64,000 bases of DNA from Paramecium tetraurelia (Eukaryota), in assembly GCA_000165425.1 (NCBI GenBank), contig CT868108.1, forward strand, positions 248,001 to 312,000, given 5' to 3'. The notes beneath the pieces are model-generated. The model ran no database searches and was not told the DNA's origin. It worked only from the letters and a program-made list of their open reading frames with translations. This document shows, piece after piece, positions 11,112-26,583 of the stretch. Every line of letters begins with the position of its first letter. The stretch's first letter is position 1. The position numbers and the translations under genes were made by a program.

Positions 11112-14100
11112 TCAACATAATAATTATGAAATCAATTTTCTTCCTTCATCGCACAACAATTCATTTTCAGGATTGTTGCAATCTTAAGTTTTAATTCTAT
11201 TCAAAGCTTGGATCACTAAATCTTTGAATTACATCAAGGTTGGATTGTTATTTTAAACCTATTTATATTAGTATATAAAATTACTTCTTTAATAAACATT
11301 AAATGAGTTTCTTGATTATCTTGGTATTCATGTGGAAGGGAATCTAAGAATTTATTTAAGAGTTATTCTTTTTAAGCAACATTGCAATACATGGCTACCT
11401 TTCCTAAGGTTGTCAAGGCAGTTTCATACGATGCTACTTTATCAACATGTTTGCAATCAGGTTATTCAATGATTGTTGAAGCTAATTCGATAACTTGAGT
11501 TGTATCAAGAGAGGGAAGTCTTTTTTGCAATATTACCATAACCAAATAATAGGTTTTGTTTCATTTCTAGATCAGCTGTTTTTAGCAAAAGAGGAATAGC
11601 ATTTCAATATTTCATTTTGTGCTTATTAGAATACTGATTCATTGCAAAGAGGTAAAACAATATTGAAAAATGCAATAGAGTTAATAGTCTATGATTTGGT
11701 TGATTTAGTATTTAAAAATGAGTAATAGGTTGGCATCATAGTTTATACAGATTCGCATTTATGATTAGAAATCAATTCAGTTACAATATTTGTAATGTGA
11801 TCAAGTAATTAATCAATTTCCTCACAGTCAGCTTCAAATTACTCCTCATCTTCATAAGTAATCGACTCTTTAGTCTTCACTATTGCTGTAAGAGCCTTGT
11901 TAGAAGTTGAATACATTGAATCAATAGTAGTAGCATCCAAAATAGGGGCTTTAACTTAATTCAAGCAATTAGCCAATACTTCTGCGATTTCTGCAGCTCT
12001 ATCGTAGGTTTTGCTGTTGAGGAATACAGTGAATTCAGTAATGAGTATAGGAGTAACTTAAATAAGTACTTATGCCATATCTGTTTCAAGTGTGCATGCA
12101 GCTAACAAATATTCAGCGCATTTAGCCATAGACTTTTAGATCTATGAGCTGTGCTTATAATTAATGAATTCTTTCATTAATACTATAGTTTTGGTGATGT
12201 ATGGATAGAAGGATTTGCCACATTACTCTGCTAAGTTAACAAGAGTGTGAGCTCCTTCTACTTTTTATTCTAGAGCACTGGTATTAAGTGATAAGCTTTT
12301 AACTCCCAAGAATTTGAGATCCAACTTGACTTTAGTGATGTTCTTGCCTTCAGCCTATGAATTGACTGAGAATCCAACATCCAATCTCATTGCTCTTTCA
12401 ACCAATGGGAAGATAGCTTCTAAGTATTAACCAAATTCACATCTTAATGCTGTGGCTACTTAAGTGTAGAAGAAGAAGATGGATGTATGAGCAGGATCAT
12501 CTGATTCCATTTTGTTCTATAATTAGATGAAATGTGTGACCAATTAATTAGAATCAGTCTTGCATTATTCCTTTCTTGTTGTACTAATTGAAACTAAGAA
12601 ACAACCAATGCATTCTAACAATAGTGATTTAACTTCATTTATTGTGACTGTCTACATCATTTACATCATGTAGGGCATCATCTAATCATAATATTAAGTG
12701 AAATGTTCTTATAAACTAGTAGCCAATGCACTGAATGCAGAGAGTGCTTATTCTAATATTTATTATTATTATTGATCTATTGAACCTGTCAAATTAGTTT
12801 GAATGACTGAGTATAATTATTCAATCAAAAAGGTTGATACTGGAGTCAATACATTCTTTGCTGCCTCTTTATCTTCTACTAATTCCCTTGTAAAATCTAC
12901 TAAACAAGCTATAGAAATATATTGGATTTTCTATGAGATCTTTTATTACATGCATGTCACTATCAATTATAGAATCTATGATCCATAATTAATTTAGATC
13001 TTTGGTGTGAATTCCTAACAGAGTGCTGCTAAACATGTCAATAAATCATAAACTATCAATTTGTTTTATGATTGAGATAATGGCAATATCAAATCCATTA
13101 TGCTAGGTAATTCATTCTAGAAATGTTCTGCTGCCTTATCTGATAATGTTGCCATAGCAATCAAACCAGCATGTTATTCATTAATAACTGGGGATCTTAA
13201 TGCTTACATTATGAGTGGAACAAATATTGGTAACAAATATTTCACTCCCACATCTCGAACCATTTTACCTAGACAATCTTCAGCAACACTTGATAAATCA
13301 TTCAATTATAAACAATTATCATCAAAGGTATTTTCCCAATCCTTTCTATCTACTTCTGTTAACATTTTCATTATCATCAGAATAGAGGAAGTCTTAAATT
13401 AATCGCTCTTTCTAATAAAGGCTGGGGCAATTTAACATAATGTTTAAAGACCATGAAGGGCTGACTTTTTCAATGATATAGTAGTTTGTGATTACATCAA
13501 TTAAGTATAGATGTTTAATAAATCTCCATATACATTCTTCATAAATTTAGGATGATTTTCTAATAATTCATTTATTGATTGTAAGGCTTGAACTGATGCT
13601 TCTTGATCAACTTACATCACTTATGCAAATTATTATAATAAAACTACAGCATTATTACTGAATCTATTCAATAATGATTCTTCCTCTATGGAAACTAAGA
13701 AACTACTGATTCCCTAACAAGTTGCTGCTCTTACTTGAGGAGATTAGTCATTCAAATATGCTGTAAATATTTCATTCAATTATTAACTGTGTTTAATTAA
13801 TTATTCATCACATAATGCAAATTCACACATGATTTCAATGTAATACATTGTTGCTAACTTCTAATTTAAAGTTTAAGCACTTCCGCCTATTTCAAAGAGT
13901 AACATAATCATTTCATCATATTTTGTGAACTTTAGTAATCCTTTTACCGCCAAATCACACATTCTCTTAAGATGAGACAACTTATTATCTTATTTTAGCT
14001 CGCTAACACAGAACTTTAATACAAATTAGACATGACTCCATTCCAACTTGCCAATATTCTCTTCATTTTCAAAAATTGTTTTGGATAACAATATGGATAC

Positions 14101-14241
14101 AAATTCTGTGTCATCTTTGTTTTACATTGCTATCAAAAATTATTCAAGGATGGCAATTGGATTTGCTGCAACCTAAGCGTATAATTCTTATTCTGCTTAT
14201 TATCTAATTGTGTTATCAGTGGATCTAAGATTTGTGAACAT
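11112..14241 (-). CDS. Importin-beta family karyopherin (importin-5/Kap121-like)
   Basis: LRSTDNTIRQQAEQEL, PQVRAATC, EQHAGLIAMATL, LSLNTSALEQKVEG...SFYPYI and HEAT-type composition over ~1,030 aa; two apparent +1 insertions near 11521-11585. Confidence 0.85.
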
Positions 14242-14880
14242 GATTATTATTTTATCATTTCCCGCAAATAAATTCTCTATTTAAATACAAAAAAATGCGC
14301 CAATTCATTATTTTAAATATCTCTTAATAATTTCACAGTTTTAATTACTTCAAGAAGGGGATCAAAGATTCATATATTTCTCAATTGAAATTTCATTCTT
14401 CATTAATTTGATTATATCGAAAAATTTAGTTATGCTCATTCTTTTGTGAGATTCTCAATTAATCAATATTATTATATATTCTTAAATCGTATCACAATTT
14501 GATTTTCATCTTATAAGTATGCATATTAATATCATTCCTAAATTATAAAAACATAAAAATTTGATTAAATATAATAAATTATTTGAAGAAGATTATTATT
14601 ATCTTAAATTATGCCATTAGAAAATATTAAGTTCTAGCAAACTAAGATCATTCTGAATACAAATAATAGCATAATAGTTCTTTAAATCGATTAAAGTTCC
14701 AAATTAAGTTTCTAATCAAACATACATAATTAATTTATCTGATAGAAAATAATTTTAATGACTTTTAATTACATCTTCATTGATGAGATCTTGAAATCTA
14801 AACAATTATAAGAATAAAAAGAAATTTACAATATTAAAAGAATGTATATATTGTATTATTTTAGAAACTTATGACATTAT

Positions 14881-15473
14881 TCAACCTCCTATCCATCTAA
14901 TTTTGGCGTCTATAGTTAAATTGTCTTTGAGTTATAAATCTGACATTGGCTTTCCTCTTTTAACTTTATCGTTATAGGGTTACCCAAAAATAAATATATC
15001 AATAGCTGTTGTCTTACTAAATTAATAATTACAATCTACTTATCTATTTCAAGTGCACAATACTATTAAACAGTATTAGCTACATCATCTAAAGTATTAT
15101 TGGTTTTGAAGACAGCATCCAACATTCTATCGATAGCTCCATCTTTGATCACAATTTTTACATTAATATTTTCTATTACTTGAGGTGACTAAGATTACTA
15201 TAGTTGCTAGGGTTAAGTATTAATTTCTAAAATTTCCCTTTAAAAATTTCCAATCTCTTCATCAATTTAAAGATACTTTTTTCTTTAAACAGAAAAGCAA
15301 GTCCAATTGTTAACATCTACTCCTTAAACACTTTCATTTTTAATTTATCATTACTTAGGCAAATTTTTGAACTCTTCGAAAACATCCTTTACTTTTACAG
15401 TCACATCGAGCTCTACTTCAAATCGTATTTCTTGAGGTTTAATAATGATTTCGTAACGATTCTATTAGATCAT
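14881..15473 (-). CDS. Two-domain ubiquitin-like protein (181 aa) ending in di-glycine
   Basis: 593 nt minus introns of 24 and 23 nt gives 182 codons; C-terminus IDIFIFGQPYNDKVKRGKPMSDLQLKDNLTIDAKIRWIGG-TGA aligns by eye with ubiquitin [34 protein letters not shown]. Confidence 0.75.
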
Positions 15474-15647
15474 TCTAATTAATATATATATTTTTTATTT
15501 TTGTAGTTTAATTACGAGGTATTGTAAAAATACATACAAAAAAATTCTACTAGGAGAAAATACAAATATATTGTTTAAGTGATTATGATAAGTCCCAATT
15601 CGTTATGTTTATTTATACAATAAATTATATTGAGTATTTTATTAACC

Positions 15648-17627
15648 TCATTATTTTTATTCTCTTTCCTTAAACTTGGGTTTAATTGGTTTTTTTGGTC
15701 CAGATCTTTTGGAGATTGACTTGTTAACATGAATATTATACCTCCATTGCTTACTTTTTAAATTCTTCTTCTTAAAACCATCTTTACTTCATATCATTTT
15801 CTTCTTCATTAAATGAAAGCACATCATCTGGACATTCTTATCTAAATTGTGAAGCTTGTGAATAATAATTCATAATATTAGCATTTTCATAAGCAATGAT
15901 ATTGTTAAGATCATCAACTTAAGATGATAATCCATGTACTTCTCCTTTTTCTAATTTCAACTGTTCTGCAATCAATCGCGCATATTCTTATATTGCATCT
16001 AATCCTTTTTATTCCAATATTCCTAAGAAATGTACCATATTTTCTTCTGTAATGGCCGCAGATTCTAAAATAAATGAAGAATATTTACTTAGTTTTTTTA
16101 TTGTTTCATCATCAACATCAATGGCTTAGAAAACTTCTTCCAAATATTTCTTAATTAAATTTATTGTTTCAATAGATTTTTCATATTGTGCTTTTAGAAT
16201 AACCTTCTTTTTCTCTTCTTATTAAATTTTATTTGACAATGCCATCTTTTATTCCCTTCTTTAATTATCATTTGTAGCTCCTTTTGTTGAATACATCTAT
16301 ATTTCTTCTTTCTTTTCTTCAATTTATCTTTCTAGTTCTTCAACAGTTTCTTATAATTCTTTGACAAATTATGACATGATTTGATTGTTTTAATACAATT
16401 CGATGAAGACTGTCAATAATTATTTACTTTCTCTTTCCTTTTTTTTATCATGAATGCCTGTTTCTTATTTAATCCTTTCAAATGCATCCTTAATCTCTTA
16501 TTCTTTAGAAGCACTCAACATATATTCTTTATCAATTTAAGCATTAGATGCTGATTTTTATCTAATAATTTCTTAATTTTCTGCAATTTATTTTTCAAGT
16601 TTATCTAAATATTCTTATTCCTTCTTTTTGCTTTAAATAAATGCTTTAAATTTCTTGTCATGTTATATTTTCTCATTTAAAGATTCACATTCTTGTTCAA
16701 ATTCCTTTTTTTATGCTTCTGCCTTCTTTTGTAATTTAGTTAGTTCTTCTTCTGCTTTATTTCTATAATAATATGCTTATCCTGCAGATTTAATGGTTTC
16801 CTCTACGTTCTTCTTCTTATCTTCTAATTCTTTTTCTAAATTTTTTGATATTCTATAAATAATATTATATATTTTTACTCCTCAACCATATTCTTTTCTT
16901 TTCTCAATTAATTGATTTTCTCTCTCAATTATTTATTATGAGCAACAATCTCATTCAACTTTTGATTAGCTTTCTCTAACTTATTTTCATGAACTGAAAT
17001 CTGATGCTGTTATGATGATAAGTTTTATTTAATTATTTATTATCCATTTTTTTCTTAACGATATTCCTCAATTTTTAAATCCTATTGTTCTTTTTATCTA
17101 GTTTAAGCTGCTTTGATTTATTCATCCAAATTTTTCTATACAAATATTATTTCTAATATTTACAGTTTCTGCTAATTCAGCTTCTATTTTTTGAATATAC
17201 GTTTTCTCAACTGGAGATAAAACAAAATATTTGATTAATTACTATTCTTAACAACTATTTAATACCACTAATTGATCACTACTCAGTTATTTTACATCTT
17301 AATCAACCATCTATTTTATTTTCCCTAACAATTCTTAAAGCTCTTTTAATCTATCTTTGTCTAGTATAGTAGCACCATAACGGTCCAACTCAGTGAGTGG
17401 AGTAGTCTTAACCTCTTCAACAAGGCATTCAATAGTCAAATATTTCGGACCCAATTGAAAAGCTTTCTAGATGTATTTCATAATGTTTTTGTTCATTGAA
17501 GACATCCTAATAATTATCATAAGTAATACATTAAGATCTTTTTATATGTTCTTCTTTTTAGCGACTCAATATCTGACAGTTTCTCGCCGCCTTTAGAAAC
17601 ATCAAATGACTTTTGAGTTTAATTCAT
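15648..17627 (-). CDS. Coiled-coil protein, outer dynein arm docking complex (ODA1/CCDC63/CCDC114)-like
   Basis: ISVHENQVEKANQKLNEIVAHNKQLREKINQLRKER...LEKELEDKKKNVEETIKSAGQAYYYRNKA, and ITEENMVHFLGILEQK near the C-terminus. Confidence 0.7.
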
Positions 17628-18628
17628 TTATTAATTTATATTCAATTATTCAATACTAAATTTATTCATTAAAATATATCTTATCATTCGAATTCTGAAC
17701 TACTTTTCTATTTATCATCTCATCACTACTACCAGAATCTTTAAAATTCCTTATTATTTTTATTTATTTATAACCTTATTAGGGTGTTTAATCATATTTT
17801 ATTATCTATCATTATTATAATTAACAGCCTAATATTTGATTGTGTAGACTTTTTAAGGATATTTTAATTTTAATTAATATGAGAAAATAATTTTCTAGGA
17901 TGTGCCAAATTTTCTATTATAATATTTAAGTTAGTGTTAGTTAGGAAAATTGAAACAATACAAAGAATCTATTGTGCAATTGAGAATATTTTAAATTTTC
18001 ATAATGGTTGTTTTAATTTATCTTAGGGCAATAAAATTTAAACTGAAATGGTTTTTCTTATCGTAATTATACTACCTTTTTAATTCAAACGATATAATTT
18101 CCAAACTCTAATTTAACTTTTTGTCAAAAAAGTTCTATTGTTAGGTTAGTTTAACTTTCTGTCTAGGGTTGAAACTTTAAAGAAGAATAGGAATAAAATA
18201 TGACCTTTATTTATTAAGGATGTTAATGCTTTATTTTTTGGAAACCTTAATATATCTATTATTAACAATTTGCTAGATAATTGAAATATTTTTGTTGTTA
18301 CAAGCAAGAAGTATTACAAAAATTTTTTGTAATATTTTAAAGAGGTTTGAATCAAAATATAAAATAAATTCAATAGTTCATTAATTTTTACATATTTTAT
18401 TTAGAATTTTGAATATGATTTTACGAAACAAACATTATTCTATAATTTAAAAAATCCTCACTACTTGGTTAAACTTAGAGTGCAGATAGGTAGTTAATGT
18501 TGCTAATGATATTGAATTGCTATAAAATTTTAATATAGATTGAATGATATAGATTTAAAATATATACAAAAAAAATAAATATCTATTTTATTTAATATTT
18601 AATTTAGATAACTTATTTTCTTAAACTA

Positions 18629-20275
<1,647 letters not shown>

Positions 20276-20379
20276 AATCTTATATTTCATTATTTTTATT
20301 ATTATTCTCAATGTAATTCAAAATGCAGAATGATAATAAATATATAAAATAATCAAAAACTGTTCTTTATAACTATGTT

Positions 20380-22089
20380 TCAGAATACTCTATCCATACT
20401 ATTGAGTAATTAAACATTTTCGTCTATTTCACTATTCAAAGTTTAAGAATACAACTTGTTTGTAATAATTTAGGGGATGATATTTTTATGTTCTGGAGAA
20501 TCGATGTTATCAATTTTAATTTCAGTTTAGCGTACTTAATCTTCTACTACCTAATCTTAGGGGAGTTTTTTAATTAGATTTTTAATGTCGTAAAACTCAA
20601 CTGTTAAAATCTTTCTAGGATATTTAAAATTCTCTATTAAATAGCAGTTTTAGCATTTCTTCCTTTTAATATTTGTAATTTTTGTTTTCAAATTCTTTAA
20701 AGCTTATTTAAGATAATTAGTATTCTTATCATCAAATTCGTTTTATATTTTTTACATCCAGTTATGACTGGAGAATTTATTACGAATTAAAATTTCCATT
20801 TTTTCTCTCATCTATTTAATTGGCCTAAAAAACAGGTACAATCCTATCCAACTACATAATAGAAGGGATAAAGATGCCCCTAACAAATAAGAGATATTTC
20901 TTGCAAATGCTTTTATGACTTCTAATTTTGTATTTTCAGCCATTTCTATATTTTCCCTCTGAATTGTTACATTTTAAAATCTATTATAAATATAAGGTTA
21001 ATACATGATCAGATAAAAATCGGATTTTAGATTCAATACATGTAATATAATATCCTCTTTGTATTTTGTATTAAATCTACATAGATGTTTAATTTATAAT
21101 GTACAATTATTAGTGTATGATTATTATGAGGCATACAATTAAATCTATTACCAATCCTATGTTGTGAAACCAGTTAGGTTTTACTGATATACATAAATTA
21201 TTCCTTAATCAAGTCTTATATCTTCAATGGAATTTGTACATATAATTTAGCCAAGTAGGTTTGTTATTAAAAAAGTAAATTACTTGAAATAAAGATGGTC
21301 TGAATATTCCTAGAAACTCAAATCCTAACCCATAATTGCCTATAAATTTCCTCTCTTATTTTTTTTTGATGGATTGCTTTCAAATAAAGAATATGTAATT
21401 GTGAAACTGTATTGCTCATTGCCATAAGATTTATAGACATAGGAGACAAAACCTTAGCTATTTGACGTTTGAGATTTTTCCAAATGATTTAAGTACCAAG
21501 GTCTAACTTAGGGGTTGTATGATGGGTAGTTAAAAATGGGGGGATTAGAGGCAAAAAAATAATTCTCATCTGTGTTTGTCATATAAAGTTCTGTTATAGG
21601 AGCAAATGTAAAGGGGATAATGAGTTAATTGAGAATGTTCAAGAAAGGATTAATTTGTCCATTATCAATATTTTTGGTTTAATTGTGATATGAAATGCAA
21701 AATTCAGGCAGAGAAAATAGTGTTCTATATTATTCGTGATGTTGACCTTCATATAAAGGACATTCCATAGGATAATTAAAGTTTTAAATTTGTACCTAGG
21801 GCATAAAATTTTGGTATATTTTGCCGAAGCTGTTCATCATTTAAAATCTTTGAATCATGGGCAAATTTACTTAATATTTTAACATTTCTGTTTAGAGCTC
21901 ATACTATTAAAAGTTTTATTTAAACAGCAATTTATCCGAAATTTCAGAGATTAATGCATCCATCATAATGCGATTTACGACAAGAACAATTGAGCAAAGT
22001 CCCATAACTATACTGATAATGAGTAATTGTAAAAGTGAAGTCGCGGTCTTGAGAGATAGATATTTAAGACAATTGTATAATTTGCACAT
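20380..22089 (-). CDS. Two-TM membrane protein with an extracellular Cache-like domain
   Basis: N-terminal TM (LLQLLIISIVMGLCSIVLVV), YNPQVRPWY motif followed by YKSYGNEQYSFTITYSL, second TM ending FFRPIKQM. Confidence 0.6.
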
Positions 22090-22202
22090 TATTAATTTAA
22101 TATTATGCACTTTTTGAGGAGTTGATAAAAAATAAAGAAAATTTTAAATCTTAATTTTGTTTATAAACTATTGAAAAGTAATAAATAATATTAAATTAGG
22201 CA

Positions 22203-23334
22203 ATGTAGTAGGAATAATCAAGTCATTTAACAATAAATCATTTTTAATTGATAAAAGTAATAGGAAAGGGCTCCTATGCAAAAGTGCTTTTGGTGAGAAA
22301 GAATGACACAGGGAAGCTCTATGCAATCAAGGCTTTAAAGAAGAAGTACATTCAACAGAAGAGACAGGAGGTATGGGATTAGATTAAATTATATAGGAAC
22401 ACATAATGGTGGAGCGAAATGTTCTGGTTTCGGCAAATCATCAATTTATTATTAAATTGGCATTTTCATTTTAAAATGAGAGAAAACTGTACTTTGTGTT
22501 AGAATATTGTCCAGGTGGAGAGTTATTCAATTTATTATAGAAGAAGAAGAAATTGACTGAAGACTAGTAAGAACATTAATATTATTTAAAGATGCCGATT
22601 CTACGTCTGTTAAATGATTTTGGCTATCGAATACTTGCATGAGAATAATATTATATATCGAGAGTAAGTGATGAATGTTAAAGTGTAGTCTAAAGCCTGA
22701 GAATGTGATATTGGATGCAGATGGCTATATAAGGATTACAGATTTCGGATTGTCGAAAAAGAATGTCAAATAAGACAAGGATGCATTTTCAGTATGTGGA
22801 ACCCCTGAATACTTGGCTCCAGAGATATTGATGAAGTAAGGACATGGCAAGCCTGTAGACTGGTGGACATTGGGTTGCATCATCTTCGAGATGATAACAG
22901 GAATGCCCCCTTATTATTCAAATCAGAGGGGAGAGTTGTTCGAATAGATAAAGTATTAATTTCCAAAATACCCACAAAATTTGAGTCCAATTCTGAAAAA
23001 TTTATTAGAGGGTTTGTTCTAGAAGCAGCCAGAAAGTATAAAAATAGTAGAAACATTTAGAACGATTGGGGTACAATGGAGCAGGCGATATAAAATCACA
23101 TCCTTGGTTTGAGAAGGTGAACTGGGATTACATATTGTAAAAGAGAGTGGAAGCGCCATTTAAACCAAAGTTAACTAGCGAGGAGGACACATCTCATTTT
23201 GATTCAGTAATCAATTCAGAAATTCTATAAAATAGGAATTCACAGAATGTACCATAGCTTCATTTGATACTGCAAGTTCAGAGGGTAGAATTTATTACGA
23301 TTTTTCATATGGTGGAAGCATGCTTAAGGAGTGA
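22203..23334 (+). CDS. AGC-family Ser/Thr kinase (Akt/SGK/S6K-like, no PH domain)
   Basis: [49 protein letters not shown]...DTSHFD, C-terminal YDFSY hydrophobic motif. Confidence 0.93.
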
Positions 23335-23370
23335 ATATAAAATAAGAATAAATCATAAATATTATTAAAG

Positions 23371-25455
23371 ATGTAAATCGATTACGCATTTTTGGAAAAC
23401 TTAAACAAAGGAATTTAAGTCGATTTTAACAAGAAGGTCTATCTCAGAGATTAATCAATCCCTCATGCTCCCTGCAAGAATCTCTGCTTAAATAAATAAG
23501 TAAATCCTTTGTGAGAGAGTAGGAACAAAGATTGGCATTGAAGAATGCATTGAGATACTTTAACTCAGATCTTCATGAGAGATTAGCACCTGAGTTTTTA
23601 TAAGAATTACTAACATATGGACACATCTACATGTATAGATTGATTCCAGATTATGAGATGAAAGCCTATCCATATGATAAGTATGAATCTAGGTAATGTT
23701 TAGATATCCTTGCAAGTCTAAATAAGCTTAAGTTATCATGCATATGATTATGAATAATCTCAATCATGAAGTAGCTCAGTTTCCACATGAATTAATTACT
23801 TATGGTGGTAATGGTAGTGTGTTTTAGAATTGGGCTTAGTATCACTTAACAATGAAATATCTAAGTGAAATGACTGAGCATCAAACTTTAGTAATGAATA
23901 GTGGTCATCCATAAGGATTGTTTCCTAGTCATCCTGATGCTCCAAGAATTGTTTTGAGTAATGGTATGATGATTCCTAATTATTCTACTTAATCGCACTA
24001 TGAAAAACATTATGCATTGGGTAATACAATGTATGGACAAATGACAGCAGGAAGCTATTGTTATATAGGAAGTCAAGGTATTGTGCATGGAACTACTTTG
24101 ACTTTATTGAATGCAGCCAGGAAATATCTAAAAACTGATTCATTAAATGGCGTCGTCTTTGTCTCTTCCGGATTGGGTGGAATGAGTGGAGCTTAACCCA
24201 AGGCTGGTGATATTTTGGGATGTATTTCAGTAATTGCAGAAGTTTCAGAAAAGGCCTTAGATAAAAGGTTAAAGCAAGGTTGGGTTAAAAAGAAGATTAC
24301 AGATGTTGAATAAGTCATTGCAGAAGTCAAGTTGGCTAAAAAAGAAAAGAGAGCAGAATCGATTGGATATCTAGGCAACATTGTCTTATTATGGGAAAGG
24401 TTGGCATAGGAGGAGAAAAATTTAGTTGATTTAGGATCTGATCAAACATCATTGCATAATCCATTTAATGGAGGATATTATCCTGTTTAATTATCATTTG
24501 AAGAAGCCAACATAATGATGGCTAAGGATCCAGAATAATTTAAGAAGTTAGTTTATGAATCCCTTATAAGATAAGTAGATGCAATTAATAAATTGACAAA
24601 AAAGGGTATGCATTTTTGGGATTATGGAAATCGTTTTTTATTAGAAAGTAGAAGAGCTGGTGCTAATGTAAACTCAGAAAATGATGATTAACTTTTCCGT
24701 TATCCTAGTTATTTTTAGGATATTATGGGAGATATCTTCAGTCTTGGTTTTGGGCCTTTCAGATGGATATGTACAAGTGGTCATTCGGAAGATCTGAGAT
24801 AGACAGATAAAATAGCTGAATCAGTATTAGTTGATCTAATTCCTAAATCTCCGAAGATTGTAGCAGATTAATTAAATGATAATTTGGATTGGATTAGAAA
24901 GGCTGAGGAAAATAAATTAGTTATTGGATCACAAGCAAGAATACTTTATGCTGATACTTAGGCAAGAACTGAAATTGCACTCAGATTCAATGAGGCTGTA
25001 AAAAGAGGAGAAATATCAGGACCTATAGTATTATCAAGAGATCATCATGATGTTTCTGGAACTGACAGTCCTTTCAGAGAAACTGCTGATATTTATGATG
25101 GATCTTAATTTACAGCAGATATGGCAGTACAGAATGTGATTGGTGATTCATTTAGAGGAGCAACTTGGGTAGCATTACACAATGGTGGAGGAGTAGGTTG
25201 GGGAGAAGTCATTAATGGTGGATTTGGATTAGTGTTAGATGGTTCAGGTAATTAAATTCATTGAAGGTTTTAGATGATGCATAAAGAAGAGCGAAGATGA
25301 TGTTGTAATGGGATGTCAATAATGGGGTTGCCAGAAGATCTTGGTGTGGTAACCAGAATGCATAATTCAATATAAAGAGATAAATGGAAATAGAACCACT
25401 ATTAAAAGTCACAATTCCTTATTAGAGTGATGTAGTTGATAAATTAGAGTTTTGA
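23371..25455 (+). CDS. UROC1: Urocanate hydratase (urocanase), long eukaryotic type
   Basis: MIMNNL, PHELITYGGNG, YGQMTAGSYCYIGSQGIVHGT, GLGGMSGAQP, SDQTSLHNP, GFGPFRW, SRDHHDVSGTDSPFRET, HNGGGVGWG. Confidence 0.97.
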
Positions 25456-25510
25456 TGAGAATTAAAAATTAAAAAATTAAAATATGTAATTATATCTGCC
25501 TCGATTTTGC

Positions 25511-26555
25511 ATGGGTCAAATCTTCAGCAGATTTGTAAAACCTGTAGCTCCAAAGAATGTGAATCAAAAGAAGAGAGCACTCCAAATAGCAATCAAAGAA
25601 AAATAATAACAACTTGAATAAAGTGGATTATTAGATGAAAATATTAAATAGGAGAGGTTTACTCATACTACCAATTACAATTTTGAAACTTATCTAAAAT
25701 ACACCAAGTTAGTGAAGGCAGAAAAGGAGAAAGAAGTCTAAGTGATCTAGCCTAAATAAAAGCGTGTTGCTATTTATGATCGTCCCAAGTAAAACGAGAG
25801 CTATTTTAAATAGATTTGATTTATCATTGACTGATTATTATGTTTGGACTACATTTCATGATCCATATTATAAACCAGACGAATATTCAGAAATCGTGGT
25901 GTGCAAAATATATTTATCACCAAAAGGATTGATTCATGCCTTTGGTATGGGGATGGACCCATGGAGAAACAAATTAGCTACCAAAGAATTTGACTTTGAA
26001 GATTCCAATCTAGATAAGTTTTGCTTGTATTGATTCCTAAATTAATATTTCAAGGTATGATGCAAAATAAACCACGAAGTATTGGGGACCCAATAGAACA
26101 GAATAATTTTATAATAAACAGTAGTATTTGAAACCCATCTACAGAAAGTAGAGGTGGCCTACATTTGAAGAATTCTGGACTCAAGAAGAGAAAGCTCCAT
26201 TTCGAGTAAATTGTACTAGATATGGAGACTTCAGGAAGTTTAAAGAATGGATTCAATAAGAAGTAATAATATCCTCTCATCTATATTAGATTGAACGCTG
26301 CTCTAAACTACCTTCTTTTGAAGAAAGAGTCTTGAAAAAGTATGGCCAACCAGAGTTCTATGCTGACTATTCTAAGAATTATCAATGCAAGACAGAACCA
26401 GCAGTTTATAAATATACTAGAGAGTACTTCTTGGAAAAGGGATAGAAATTGGATTAATCTAATGTGTATGAAAACTTTGTCTATTTTATAGTTTGAACAT
26501 ACCTTTGCAACCACCAGAACATTTGGGTGAGGAATATCGTGTACCAAATAAATGA
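25511..26555 (+). CDS. Hypothetical protein (aromatic-rich, MG start)
   Basis: Clean code-6 reading with micro-introns from MGQIFSRFVK to EEYRVPNK-TGA; overlaps ORF 25764-26033; family not recognised. Confidence 0.65.
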
Positions 26556-26583
26556 TAATAATTGTGTGGTTATTAATTTTTAT

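Noticed and set aside
17879..18543. Possible small plus-strand gene; similar fragments at 3755-3916 and 33176-33700
   Set aside because: No consistent spliced frame or recognisable motif could be built.
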